DNA from: Eledone cirrhosa | Lineage: Eukaryota | Direction: 5' to 3' | DNA length: 64,000 nucleotides | NCBI GenBank assembly: GCA_964016885.1 | Contig: OZ024742.1 | Coordinates: forward strand, 128,712,001-128,776,000 | Shown here: positions 13,604-27,020 of the stretch, piece after piece | Numbering within the stretch: position 1 is the stretch's first letter | Layout of the letters: every line of letters begins with the position of its first letter | Position numbers and translations under genes: made by a program | The notes under the pieces: model-generated | Database searches by the model: none | What the model saw: only the letters and a program-made list of their open reading frames with translations | Told to the model about the DNA's origin: nothing

Positions 13604-16221
13604 CTATAAAAATAATTAGAAATCAAAGCAAATCAATAAATCATGGAACACAATAATAGATACAACAGAATTGCAGAATTGGTGGTTATTCTGACCCATG
13701 CTGATTCATTCTGACCAACACACACACATTTTATTAATACTGTGAAACCAAACATATTTTTCAATGTATTTTTTTAAAGCTGTAGTCACAATGTTTGAAT
13801 TTCAAAATGTATTAATTCATCAACTGACCAGACTGTCAAGCCTGCATTATGTACAAATAAACATCTCCATAAAAAAATCCATAGCTTTCTTGCCTCAGTA
13901 CTGAGTGATGTTTTTCCTCCTGGATCATAGATCTCCTCTCCTTTCTATCTGCTTTTCCTGCTGTAGTATGTAATCCATACACTGATTAATAATAATGTAT
14001 TAGGTTTGAAAGGACTTTTCAGTCATGGCACTGACATAATCTCTCCAGTGCTGGAGCCACAAAAAGATGCACCTAATACACTCTGTAAGGGCACCCAGCT
14101 ATAGAAAGCTTGCCAAACAAAGAGTTGAAATGGTGCTGAAGTTGTGTCAATGGTACAACAACCTTCTTTATGTTAGTTTCACAATAAATCACACCTAGTT
14201 CACTCTAATGCAGTAGGTCTTAGAAAAGGATTCCAGCTGTAGAAAACCTGCCAAACACAGGATTAATGGAACTCTTTTTTAGTTGTGTCTAGAGCACAAC
14301 AAGCTTTATAGTACTAGTGATAAAATGCACACAATACACTCTGCAGACTGTAGTAACATATGTTAGCAAGATACATCCCCCAGCCTGTCTGATTAAGTGC
14401 TGACTTGGTTTGTGAAGAACTGTGTAACCTATGCTCATAAGGAAACAAAGGACAATAAAATGTGCAGCAAGGATGCAGAGAGTTAAACATCTGTGGAGCG
14501 ATTGTTTCTTTTCTATTGAATATTGGAAATATACTTAGATTTTGAACAGGTAAAGGATGAGAGTGAACAACTGCAGAAGTGAAAAAAGAGATAAAATCAG
14601 TTCAGCAGCATAGTTCTGGGAAGTGATATTGATCTTCAGATCTGAACTATTTTGCTGGTTATATAAAACAAGCTAGAAATACACTGCCTTAGTAGAATAT
14701 TAGACTGTAACAAACTCAGCTTATCTGGAGTATAAGTGTGTGTGTGTGTGTGTGCACGTGTGTGTGGTGAATGTTGTGTGTGAGTGAGTGTGAGAGTGTA
14801 GTGTTTGAGTGAGTGTGTGTTTGAGAGAATGTGTATTTGAGAGAATGTGTGTTTTAGTGATTTTCAAGTAATAATCCAGTTGATTTAAAAAATTTTAACC
14901 AGCTTACATGATTAAAAAAAAAAAAAACTCAAACTGAGTGTACAAATGAACTATTGAAGAAAAAATTTTTTTCAAAATTATACCAGTGTCATATATTGAA
15001 TTTTTTAGTTAACTGAGTGATGGGGCTGATGCTGATGCAAGATGTTATTGTAAATATCTACCTAAAGCTTTAATACTTATATTACGTTAAATTGTTTCCA
15101 AGTTTTAATACTTGTATGATGTTAAATTGTTTTCAAGTTTTTTAAGGCACACATTTATCTGTATATTAAATAAAAAATACTCCAAAAATACTCGCAGCAT
15201 TTGAGTAGCTGGAAGTAAGAAAAAAATTCAAGAAATTTGTTGAAACTTAATAAAAATAGATGACATGGTAAAAAATCATTATGTAATGGAGTTGTCAAAC
15301 AAACTCTAAACAACACTTAAAACATTTTAAACATCAAAATATTAAAACTTCATAAATATGTAGCAGATAAATGTATCAGAAAAAACAATCTAGTAAAAGT
15401 TGTGTTGTATCTTACAGATACAATATGACAGGAAGACTAGGCTGAGCGTCGAATGTAAACAATATGAACTTACTATGTGTGTGTGCTTATTCTTAGAATA
15501 TATTCTTCTTCTCAAGGATGCTGCTTCCTGTCTGGCTGCCTGGCGGTGGCCGAAAAGGTGGAAGCCAGTAAGGGGCCAGGAGAGAGATAGAGTGAAAGGT
15601 CTGCTACATCGTGAACCTTAACACGGACTGCTTGCTTCGGTCTCTCTGGCCTTTAGATTCCTAGTTAGAGGGATGTATATATATGAGGTTGATTTATGAT
15701 CAGCCATGTGGTTATTGTCTCCCAAGAAGCTGGAGTCACAGGTCAAGTGGAATGTACGTTTATCATCGTTGTCTTGACAAGACAATGGTGAGAACTTCCA
15801 ACGATAGATTGTCCAAGAGGCGAAAAACCTCAGATTCAATTTTGAATCTTCGCCGGTAAAACATAGGAGTATTCCGTTATAAATATATATAGTAAAGTAG
15901 AAGGCAATAGGTTACAATTATACTCATGAGAATTTCAAAACCACATCAGCTAAACCTGTGTTGATTAACTTCCTTGGCTTATACACGGGTTTAGATTTTT
16001 GTCCATTTCTCAGACATAAAATAGGTGGGCAGAGGCAGCTTATATTCAAATATATACGGTACTTTCATTTTACTTTTCCTTACTATCATTCACTCTCTAT
16101 TTGTTGCTTGACAATATCTTATGTTCAAATTATCTCCTTATGGTGACAGAAAATAAATATACACTGTTAATTATTATATGTAGATTATTGTAATGAAAAT
16201 AATAATGATAAAGATATTTAC

Positions 16222-16312
16222 AATGATCTTTACGCAATCGCTGTCAGGAACTGTATAATTCTCTGTTCCCATCAAGAAAGATTCACATCCACTTCGAGAA
16301 AACAGCGAAAAT
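16222..16312 (-). CDS. SNX9: Sorting nexin exon (FSLFSRSGCESFLMGTENYTVPDSDCVKII)
   Basis: ttccag and gtaaat sites, 91 nt, phase 2-0; matches the family RFSxFxxSGxExFxxG helix ahead of the PX unit. Confidence 0.9.
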
Positions 16313-17784
16313 CTGGAAAAGAAATCAAATTAAAGATGGTGAGATAAAAAAAAAACATCAATATTTAAGAAACTAAATGAAGGCAGTGGTATAACAAATG
16401 ACAGAATGCCAGACTAGATTGTTATTAGTATTTAACTTTGTGCTGATAGATTCTGAGTTGAAATACATCTGAAGTTGATAAAATAAAGTGCTAGGCATAC
16501 TGAAATTGATTCAAGCAAATATACTCCACCTATCTCTTTCACAGTTGGTGTTAACATATTTAAGGCAAGGAAAATCATAAAGCTAACTACAAAAATATGA
16601 GGTGACGAAAGAACAATATTAGACATAGGCAATATAATATAATTTTGAGTCTTTCAGCAAGTATTTGAACCAACTTTTGGCATATTTTGCTCTTATTAAA
16701 CCTTATCAGCAAAGTAATGGCTGCAGTGGGCTTTCTAAAAGGGAGAGAATCACTAAGTAAATGTAGAAAAGAAGAAATATTCACTTAATATTTATTATTC
16801 TGAGACACTATTTGCACAAGAAAAAAAAAATAATAATAATAATAAAAAAAAAACAATAGTTAAGTTAATGTTAACATATTTATAGCAGGAAGCATAAAAA
16901 AGCTAACATTCATTTCATGAATTTCTACAACATTGAATCTTATATTTGATTTTAAAAACAACAAAATATGCTTATATTTTCCACAAAACATTATATGCTT
17001 CTCATATATAACCAAGCTTCTTATTTTTCAACGTATTTTCAAAGCTATATTTGCAATCTTTGAAAAATGTGTGCTGTTTGAATACTTTAATTCTTAATAT
17101 CATATAATAATATCACAGAAAATATCTTTGCTATGTGTTGCACTCTTCAGATAGTATCAGTAACGGAAAGACCAATGAAAACATTGTAAACATTGTTTCC
17201 TTGGTTGGATCTTGCTAAGTGATTTAATTCAAAGGTCTATAGTATATTTATAAGTGGATAGATCATTATGAAAATTTTCAGTATTAGAGAAAAATCTTTA
17301 ATTTTTAATATGATGCACAGTCAAAGTGTTTTGTACTTTTGAAAATGACTTGCTAATGCAGTTTCAAGTGGTACAGGACATTAACAGTTAAGGTAAGAAC
17401 AATAAATAAATAAAAATTGTGATTTTGAGAACATGATCAGGATTTGATTCATACATGAAGCCCTTTCAACTTGCTTTCATCCATGATCCTTTTATGAAAA
17501 TAACAAACACTCTACAATCTCATTGAAATCTGGAACTTTGTGCAAAAAAACAAATCAATGTTTATCAGAGTGTATTCATTGGATATAAAATCAATAACAT
17601 AATGTCGTTGATTAGTGATCTAAAAGCCATGCAGTTATTTGATATGGAATTGAGTTTTGGTGCCATATGTCTTGAGTGCTTTGTTGCAATGGAATAGAAT
17701 ATCTTGCACATTATGAAGTGCTGGTTGTTGTGGTACTAGAAATACAAGTGACAGCTTTGGTAGCAGTGCATTTCATCATCTTAC

Positions 17785-17934
17785 ATGACAGAGTCTCTTG
17801 ATACTTGAGAGACAGAGGATGGTGTACGTTTAACTGGGCCATGAGATATACTGTTTCTGCATGCTGGAGACTCTGTTGAATTGTCAGTTGTACACATTGG
17901 AAATATTTTGGACATGGGCCAAAATGCTAAACTA
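17785..17934 (-). CDS. SNX9: Putative alternatively spliced cassette exon of the sorting nexin (SLAFWPMSKIFPMCTTDNSTESPACRNSISHGPVKRTPSSVSQVSRDSV)
   Basis: Polypyrimidine tract with cag/tag tandem acceptor and gtaag donor; 150 nt, phase 2-2, stop-free in the required frame; no recognisable family homology. Confidence 0.6.
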
Positions 17935-19059
17935 CTGAAAGAAAACAGGGAGGAAAAAAAATAGAGCATAGAACAAGGAAGAATGAAAAGAAAATGAGAT
18001 TATGTTACAATTTTAAAAAAAAGAGGAAATAAGATGAAATAAGATAAATATGTGATTAGATGATGATTGAAGCGTTGTTCCATAGGCAAATGAATCCATT
18101 GCAGAAGTTGTCAAGTTTTGCCATATAAAAAGTAGTTCCATGAATTTAATTTGGAGAAATAAAAATATAAAGATTAGAATTCAAGAAAATTAATGACTGT
18201 CTACGTCAGCAAATACAAGTAGAGAAGAAAAAAAATTACAATTGCTTCATTCTGTTTATGAATATAAATTATAGTAATAATATATTATAATTCAAGTACT
18301 GGAAATAGAAACACCCAAAGAAGATTCTTGCACAAAATGATTCCAGACACAACAACAATAATAATATTCTATTATATTACATAATAATTGTTTCTACTAT
18401 ACACACAAGACCAGCAATTTGAAGGGAAGGGGAAAGTCTATTAAATTGACTGCAGTGCATTGCTGGTATGTTATCTTATCAACCCAGTAAGGATGAAAGG
18501 CAAAGCTAACCTTGGTGGGATTTGAACTCAGAACATAAAGGGATGTAACTATACAGTAAAGTATTTAGTCAGACTCTCTAACTATTCTGCCAATAATAAT
18601 ATATAGGGTAAAGATCCCCTTCGGTCACGAATGACCATGTGATTTGTACCTACAAAGTCCCCCTCCAAGGTACAAGTCCAGACAAGGTTGTTTGTGGAAG
18701 ACTAGTAGTCGCCCATACATACCAGTCTCCCCTCTCCACACCACCAATGTTGTCCAAGGGAAAGGCAAATGTTGATACATCTTGGCACCAGTGACGTCGC
18801 AACTCATTTCTAAACTGGAGCAATGTGAAATAAAGTGTCTTGCTCAAGAACACAACGCAATTATAATATTATAATTGTTTCTAAATTTGACACAAGACCA
18901 GCAATTTCAAGGGAAGGGGCAAGTTGATAAAATCAACCCTAGTGCATAACTGGTACTGTATTTTATCAACCCCATAAGAATGAAAGGCAAAGCTAACCTC
19001 GGTGGGATTTGAACTCAGAACATAAAAGGCCGTAATTATATGATACAAAGCTTATTATT

Positions 19060-19480
19060 ATTACATCACAAATCCATGATAATGAAAGCATGTTCATAGG
19101 TGCCCCAATATTTCATTCATTTATACATATAACCCAAAGATTTTGAAGGCAATATACACTGCTGGTATTTCCTGAAAAGATAAGTCTTCAGATTTGACCT
19201 GAAAACTGACACAGATGGTGTCGTACAGAGAGACGGGAAACTCATTCCATAGAGAGATGTTACACAATGTACATTACTGCAATAGATGTAACATCACATA
19301 AGAACAGGCTAGCAAGAGAAGATACTTCTATACAGTCGATCAATCTTCTCAATGTAGCTGCCAAATATCTCTCAACAAATACATTCATCCTTTTGACACT
19401 AACCCACCTGAGACTGACCTTGGTTCCATCATACAAAACTGCCAATTTTAAAGTGTCCATATCAACCATAATAATATGCC
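19060..19480 (-). mobile_element. Old L2-like LINE 3' fragment
   Basis: Degenerate LWNEFP...FRSNLKTYLFR terminal motif on the minus strand. Confidence 0.5.
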
Positions 19481-19513
19481 ATCTGTGTTTGTATATGCAT
19501 TTATATATATATA

Positions 19514-20309
19514 CAAGAGTAAGTCAAAAAGTTTCCAGACTAGCTCTTTATTTAAAAAAGACTTTATTTACATAAGTTTAAACACCATCTCCTTCAAAAT
19601 AGTTCCTTTGCGCAGCAATGCACCAATTCCAGCGTTTCTGCCACTCCTGGAATGCAGCCTTGAAATCATCTTTTGTAAGCTTGTTGCGAACCTTCTGCGA
19701 TTTGTGCTGGATCTTGGCAACGGTGTTAAAAGGGTGACCTTTGAGCTTGACTTTCATCTTCAGGAAAAGGAAGAAGTCCACATCACAGATCCAGTCACTT
19801 TTGCTGAATGTTCGCCCTCAAATGCCTCAGAACTTTGCAGTAAAACTCTTTTTTAATGGCCTGGCCCTGGTGGACAAAATGAACAATGCCACAGATGTTG
19901 AAAAAGATGATGAGCATGCTCTTGATTGAACAGCAGCTCTGTCTTGCCTCTACGATAATGGACTCTTCCATTGTTTTGAATGCTGCTTTGTCTATGAATC
20001 ATACCCGTAAAACCAAGATTCATCTTTGGTGATGATCCTTGACATTTATGATGGCTCATCCGCTGCACTCCATTTGAGTTCTTGGCAAACTTCGACATGA
20101 TTTTCCTTCTGGTCGGTGGGTGACAAACTTGATGTAATCGCAGAGTTGCACACAGACGTGATCAGAAAATCACCAATTTAACGCACGATGTAAACACAAT
20201 ATCACTTGGTACACTGATAGTTACAGCTAACTATCACTGCATGCGCAAACCTGTATTGCCATCTGTTGGCATTACAGAGCTAGTCCAGAAACTTTCTGAC
20301 ACCACCTCG
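19514..20309 (-). mobile_element. Internally deleted mariner transposon
   Basis: TIRs CAAGAGTAAGTCAAAAAGTTTCCAGACTAG and (reverse complement) CGAGGTGGTGTCAGAAAGTTTCTGGACTAG flanked by TA; C-terminus DFFLFLKMKVKLKG...WQKRWNWCIAAQRNYFEGD. Confidence 0.88.
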
Positions 20310-21961
20310 TATTTGTTTGTAACTTTTGAATATTAACACATAAAAAAATATATAGACATATGCATTTTTTATTTCCGTCCTATTGCTACAATAAGAAGTT
20401 TGCTTTCCGATCATAAAGGTCCTGGTTCCAACCTTACATTTGCCCCTGTAAATAATTATTTCTCCAAAGTTACTCATACATTTAATCCTGTTTGTCATTT
20501 GCACATATATGCTGAACATCTATGTAATTATACCAGAGAAATAAATTAAAATATTTTTATCTTTAATCACTTCCATATGTCAGTAATCAAGGTAAACTGG
20601 CCCTTCAAATGACCGGTATAACTCCTTTTTGCCAGCTGAGTTGACTGGAGCAATGTGAAATATAATGTCCTGCTCAAAGACACAATGTACCACCGGGAAT
20701 CAAACTCATGACTTTACGATTGTGAACCGAATATCCTAACCACAAAGCCATACACTGGTACCATATATCCAGTAATACTGGTATATATGGTATACCAATC
20801 TTGGATTCTGAAAATAAATACCTTTGCTATCATCATTGATCAATATTCATCACATCAATATTCATCATCCTTTTACATCCAATTATCCATATTGGCATGG
20901 GTTGGGTGAGACCTTTTGAGGCAGTATTCTTCAAGTGGATGCCTTTTCTGATGCCAGCCCCATTTTTCAACATTTTCCCACTGAGTTTTGTCAAACCACT
21001 AAGCAGCAGGACATAAACAGATGTCACTGCTTGTTTAAAAAGAGTTAAGAAAACACACATATGGGATTCTGCAGTTTCTGTCTATCAAATCCACTCACAA
21101 AGCATCAGTCAGCACGAAGCAATAGTAGAGAGCACTTACCCTAGGTGCCATACATGTCCATCATAATTTGATCTAAGAAGTTTTATGTTAAGATATGTTC
21201 CAAAAATCAGAAATTTAACTAAACCTGTCATAATTCTTGATTATTTAAAACATTACTGAAAAACAATGTAACAAAAGAAAAGTAAAGGCTCCCTTAACGC
21301 CTGATGAAGTTGTAGGGCACCATTCTGACAGAGGCTGTTTTTGGTCATTTTAAACCTGATAAAGAGGGAGATACAGAGGAAGCCTTGACCCCAGTTTTGA
21401 ACTGGTACTTTATTGACCTCAAAAGTACAAAAGGCAATGTTGACCCCAGGAGGATCTGAATGCAGATAGTCAGTACAAAATACCGTAACTGTAACTCACA
21501 TTCTAATGATTCTGCCACTTCGTCACCATTGTGTAGAAATAGGTATTAAAACATTTTTTATACCTAAAGATGAAATGAATAGTGTGAAAACTTATAAATT
21601 TCTTTTACTTCAGTTATTCATATTTGTACCAAAGTCATTAGAACTTTGAATAAAATGCTTTGCAGTATTTGTTCCAGCTCTCTGTGCTTTCTGAGTTAAA
21701 ATCTCGCCATGGTCAACTTTGCCTTTCATTCTTTTGAGGCCGATAAAGTACCAGTCTAGCACTGGGTGAAGTCTTACTTTATATCTTTTCTCATTTCCTT
21801 CTTTCCTCTCTCTCCTTTTCTGGAAGGAATCAGCCATGTTCATTCCTGGAGAGGGTATGGATTCTTCTAGATCCAAAGTGTCAAAGATGACATGATAAAC
21901 AGAGTTCCTACAACTACATCAGGAGTTACGGGTCCATATATATATATATATATATTTGTAC

Positions 21962-22074
21962 CTGCTGTAATTCTTTTTTATGGTGCCATAACCAGCTGTG
22001 TTTAATGTTGAGTTCCTCGTCTCATGTGATTGGATTGATTGGGAATCAGGTTGGTGATTGTTGTTAGTTACATT
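21962..22074 (-). CDS. SNX9: Sorting nexin exon (NVTNNNHQPD...GYGTIKKNYS)
   Basis: tttcag and gtac sites, 113 nt, phase 0-2; ends in the family G-T-x-K/R-x-N motif that precedes RFS. Confidence 0.85.
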
Positions 22075-23742
22075 CTGAAACAACAATAAAAAACAAAAAT
22101 AAGAAACAAAAAAAAAAATTGACAAAAATAAGAAACAAACAAAACAAATATAGAAAATTACAACAACAAATGATGATACTATTGAAAATGGATATATCAC
22201 CATTTTATGTCTGATTTACATGCTGGCATGGGATGGATGGATTGTCATTGTCCGAGACTACATGGGTCAAACTATGTCTTGCTCAGATGTTCCATTTTTT
22301 GCATGGTTTTTATAGTAGAATGCCCTTCTTAATGCTTGATTGGTTGTTGGACACCTCAGTGTGTATGTCACATGTTGGCATGAAGATCAATATAGATAAA
22401 GATACTATTTGCTGGCATCTTGCCTTCTGAAAGGTTCCTTGTCATATTCAATGTTGAGGTTCTGAAAGTAGTGAATCAGTTGAGGTATCTTGGCATCATC
22501 TTCACTGCCATGGGCCAAAGTAAAGATAAGATAGATGTTTGCATCCATCATGTGCATGTTGCATTGTACCATTGTTACTAGAAATGCTCCCCTGTTCACT
22601 GCAGGCTAAAGGAACCTCGCCACATCATGTAACCACTGATCAGGTCAGTCTTGAGACTGATCTAGTCATAAAAATTTGCATTTATCATGAGCTCCTTCAC
22701 AACATCCTCCACTAAGACCGTGAGACGTGATCAATGAGAGTAGTGGATTTATGCAAATTAGAAGTTTTTGAATACTTTTGCCTTTGCTGAATCTTCCATT
22801 TTTGTATGCTAGATTTTATGCCAAACACCAAAATTCATTGTCACTGCTGGATTGATTCTTTTCAACAACTCTTACTCTGAAAACACATCCATTGGTTTCA
22901 TCAAGCACTCTGTTGCTCTCAAGGTGAACTCTTCCACGATGCAGTCATGCCACACACACACTCAGGATGGTGTAAACAGCAACATGGGTAGTTGAAAACA
23001 TAAATTACATTTGGACCTCCATAATTACAATGCTGTAGATGCTACTGGTTGGAGCTGGCTCAACCCATCCTGGGTGAAAGCCAACACAAGTACAAAGTTG
23101 TGTCAAACAAAGCCAACAGTCTCTTAATTTATCATTTGTTAGGTAGGCTTCGACCTATCTTGTTCATTTATGGACACACTGGTCTATCATTGAACTCGTT
23201 TTAACAAAGACCAATGCTTGCCCATTCATCTATCACCTCTCTGTCCATTTTCATGTAATTATAAAAATCTATAACAAGTTCAACATCATTTTATGTCTTC
23301 TGCCAATGTTTGTATGAATTAGATGAATTGTCACAGCCTGAGACCAGACTCTTTAGGGAACCAATCTTACTAATATGTTTTATATTTTGTCATGGTTTCT
23401 ATGGCTGGATGCCTTTCCAAATGCCAACCACTTTACAGAGTGTACTGGGTGCATTTTTTCATGGTACCAGCACTAGTGAGTTTATGGTATTTTTGGCCAA
23501 ACTAAAGAGTCCCCTCAACCATATATAGTTTCTGTTCAATCACTAACTGTATTACAGTGGCACCACTACCAGAGAGGTTCTCAGGTACTTGACATGCACA
23601 AAGGATCCTCTCCATGTTGTCTTTGTCATTCTGGGGAAGCTAAAAGAGACCTTGCATCATATTTAGAGTTATGAACACAAATAGATATTGTCTGAGAAAA
23701 AGTAAAAACCAAAGAAGAAAATATGATTATAGTTGAACTGAC

Positions 23743-23970
23743 CTGGGTGGTAGCAGTGCCACAACTTGAAGCATCATCATCATAGTCATCATCCCAATCA
23801 TCATCCTCCCAATCGTCGAAGCTGGCTTGTTTGGAGGGTGCTGATGGTTGGATTGGGTGGGAGACAATGCTTCCACTACCATGGTTCCTTGTCTCATTGT
23901 TATAAGTGTTATCCTGAAACTGTTGAGGGACTGGAGGTGGAGGAAAGGAAGGTTCTGGAAGAGAATATAT
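23743..23970 (-). CDS. SNX9: Sorting nexin exon, low-complexity region (IYSLPEPSFPPPPVP...SFDDWEDDDWDDDYDDD...TTQ)
   Basis: ttacag and gtcagt sites, 228 nt open frame; acidic DDW motifs typical of the SNX9-family LC region. Confidence 0.9.
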
Positions 23971-24559
23971 CTGTAATGGAGAAAATAAAATAGAAATGAA
24001 TAATTTATCTCAGTAAGAGTATTATAAAAAATGGTTTCTGATTTAGGCACAAGGCCAACAATTTTTTTGGGGGGAGGCAAGAGTCAATTAAATCAACACC
24101 AGTGTGTTACTGGTGCTTTATTTTATCGACCCTGTAAGGATGAACAGCAAAGCTAACCTCGGTGGGATTTGAACTCAGAACATAAAAGGCATAACTATGC
24201 TGTAAAGTATGTTGTCCAATGCTCTACTGATTCTGCCATTCCACTGCCCTAACAAAAACATAAATAATTGTTTCTACTTTAGGCACAAGGCCAGCAATTA
24301 CCCAGTGCATTACTGGTACTTTATTTCATCGACCCCGTAAGGATGAAAGGCAAAGTCAACCTCGGCGGGATTTGAACTCAGATCGTAAAGGGACGTAACT
24401 ATGCTGGAAAGCATGGCGTCCGACCCTCTACTGATACTGCCAATCCAAAACATAAATAATGATGATGGATTATGAATTCATATATAGACACAAGGTCAAA
24501 AGTTAAATTAAATGAACTACTGTAAAGAGAGGGGGGAGAGGGGAAGGGAGAGAGAGAGA

Positions 24560-24875
24560 GATTGTGAGTATGTGTGTATGTGCAAGTGTACATGTGTGTG
24601 TGTGTCTATGTTAAGTTTAAAATGCGTGTGTGCGTGAATGTATGAGTGTGCTTGAGTTTGTGCATGCCTGCATGAGTGTATGTATGTGTGTGTATATGAG
24701 TGTGTGTGTATGAGTGTGTGTGTGTATATGAGCATGTGTGTGTATATGAGCGCATGTGTATATGAGTGCGTGTGTGTATGAGCATGTGTGTATATGAGCA
24801 TGTGTGTGTTTGAGCGTGGTGTGTGAATGAGTGTGTGTGTATATGATCATGTGTGGATGGGTGTGTGCGTGTGTT
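24560..24875. repeat. (GT)/(GTAT/GAGT) compound microsatellite
   Basis: Visible directly in the sequence. Confidence 0.9.
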
Positions 24876-26074
24876 TAAATAGAAGCAGATTGACGCAGGA
24901 AAATATAAAGTTGGTGGATTCAGTAAAAAAGTTAAAAGTCAATCGTAGAGAGACACTGCAGCACTTCTAGTGACAGGTCACACATATTTTAGACCAATCA
25001 ACAGCTTGAAACCCACCCATTCAGCTAGCTGTGGCTCACTGAAAGGTGAATTGTGTAATCAATGCTGGGTTAAAAACCATGGCCTCTTTGTGAAAAGGGA
25101 AAAAAAAAACACAATCTTTATCAGTTACAAGCAGACATGGGTGTCTTGTTTACTTATTTATAGATTTTATGGCTTATATTTTCTGAAAATGGCAGAGAAT
25201 TGTTAGGATGTCTGATTAAAAATGGTATTTATTTGCTCCAGATAATTGGTGTTCTGAGTTCAAGTCCTGCTGAGGAAAATTTGTTTTTCGCTCTTTAGAA
25301 GTCAATACTCGTCCAGGATTGTGGTTGACTTTTCCTCTTTCTCTCTCTCTTTATCCTTTCCTCCCTCACCCACTCTCTATTTCTTTCTCTGGAGGAAATC
25401 AGCGGTGTTCCAACTTGGAGAGGGAGGGGGTGGATTGCTAGGTGTATAATGCCCAAGGCACGCTGTGAGTCAGGATGGTGATCATACAACTCGATCAGGA
25501 GTTAAGAGACCTTTACCATTTACATACAATCATCGGTTATACATTTCCAATGGACCAATCACTGCTTCACTGCAATTTCAATGACAAGACTGATAAAGAA
25601 GTGTTAGCACAACTCGGACAAAATAAATGTGACACGCACTCATATATATTCAAATATATATATACATACACTGGTGTGTGTGTCAGACCTCCATCAATTC
25701 CAACAAGGAGTGCTCCATTTGATTTGATTAACTGTACAACCTGATCATGAAATTAACACGGAAGTGGCTAAGCATTCTACAGCTATATGTATCCTTAATG
25801 TAGTTCTCAGAGAGATTTAGCTCGAGACTGGGTATGGCAAAGCTGACCATTTAAAGTACAGGAACAACTCATATTTGTCAGCTGAGTTGACTGGAGCAAT
25901 GGGAAACAAAGTGTCTTTCTCAAGGACACAACATGCTGCTGGGAATTGAACTGACTGCTTTACAATCATGAGCCGAACATCCTAAACATTAAGCCATGTA
26001 TCTTTATACACACGTACCAAAATATAAGCTGAGGAATATGTAACGAAAAAAAAAAAAAGATGGTAAAATGTGTG

Positions 26075-26500
26075 TGTGTGGGTCTTCCTTTTCCAGTTTC
26101 CTTCCACTTGGAATTCCTAGTTACGTTTTTGCCCAACTGACATCATTCATATTCATTACATGTCCATATAAGCACCATTTCTTTTCCTCTTGCATACAAT
26201 GTCTGATTCCTCTTATGCACAGTTTTTCTCGTAATTCATCTGTGCTTTGGTGTTCATGCACATTATATATTACACATCCATTTTTGTTTCAAGCTTCATA
26301 TATCATCTGTCTTCAATACCCATGTCTTGCTATCATGCAATATTGCACTACTTACAACAGCATCACACAATTGACCTTTTACATGAAGATGGGATCCCTT
26401 TATTACCAGAAGTAATAGCTTCCTGAACCTTTTCCTCCATGCTCTTATTCTGGCTACTATGCTTTCAAAGTACGCTCCTCCGCTGTTAATAAGGTATGTA
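26075..26500 (-). mobile_element. Old RTE LINE fragment
   Basis: LINSGGAYFESIVARIRAWRKRFRKLL...KGQLCDAVVSSAILHDSKTW, homologous to the C-terminus of the 41-44 kb ORF. Confidence 0.8.
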
Positions 26501-26655
26501 ACATTAAAGGGCCCCATAGCTCTCGATAAAGTCATGCGTGAACTATAGAACATCAGGTCTTTCATACTTTGAACCTACCATGGGTACAGCCATAATTTCA
26601 CATCTAACTAAGATGGCCATCAGTGTGATAGAGAAATTTCTATTCAACAGCCGAT

Positions 26656-26697
<42 letters not shown>

Positions 26698-26725
26698 TAT
26701 TTATTTATGTTTATACATGGAACAA

Positions 26726-26813
26726 AAGCACTACCCAAGGTTTCGAGGCCCAAATTTAACCATACCTCCAGAATAAAAACGGCATCAAAATAACGACCTT
26801 TCTTCAGGCGCTT
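26726..26813 (-). ncRNA. Type I hammerhead ribozyme with a long stem II loop (sense to host pre-mRNA)
   Basis: Stem I AAGCGC/GTGCTT, CTGAAGA, AGGTC/GGCCT, GAAA, CC-TTG-GG, GUA; A.C mismatch at the base of stem II. Confidence 0.65.
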
Positions 26814-27020
26814 ATACGAGTTTATAAGATACTGTTAAAAGTAAAGTGTGCTAAAAATCCAAGTTTACGAAAAACGCATTATAACAAAGAGAAATAACTC
26901 CAAGATGTAAATTTGAAATGTGAGATCATTCACGTATTAGTGTTTGTATGGTATAGCAGAAGTGTTATATTTTGTGGCGGAATGTAATATAGAAATGGTA
27001 ATATTGCTACACACACACAC

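Noticed and set aside
15500-15880. GC-richer island, possible LTR or exon
   Set aside because: No termini, TSD, phase-compatible splice sites or recognisable protein motif.
17115-17155. CTGAAGA-GTGC...GCA on the minus strand
   Set aside because: No GAAA box or stem III, so not a supportable ribozyme.
22610-23000. Possible third mariner relic
   Set aside because: Only vague similarity; no TIRs or clear motifs.
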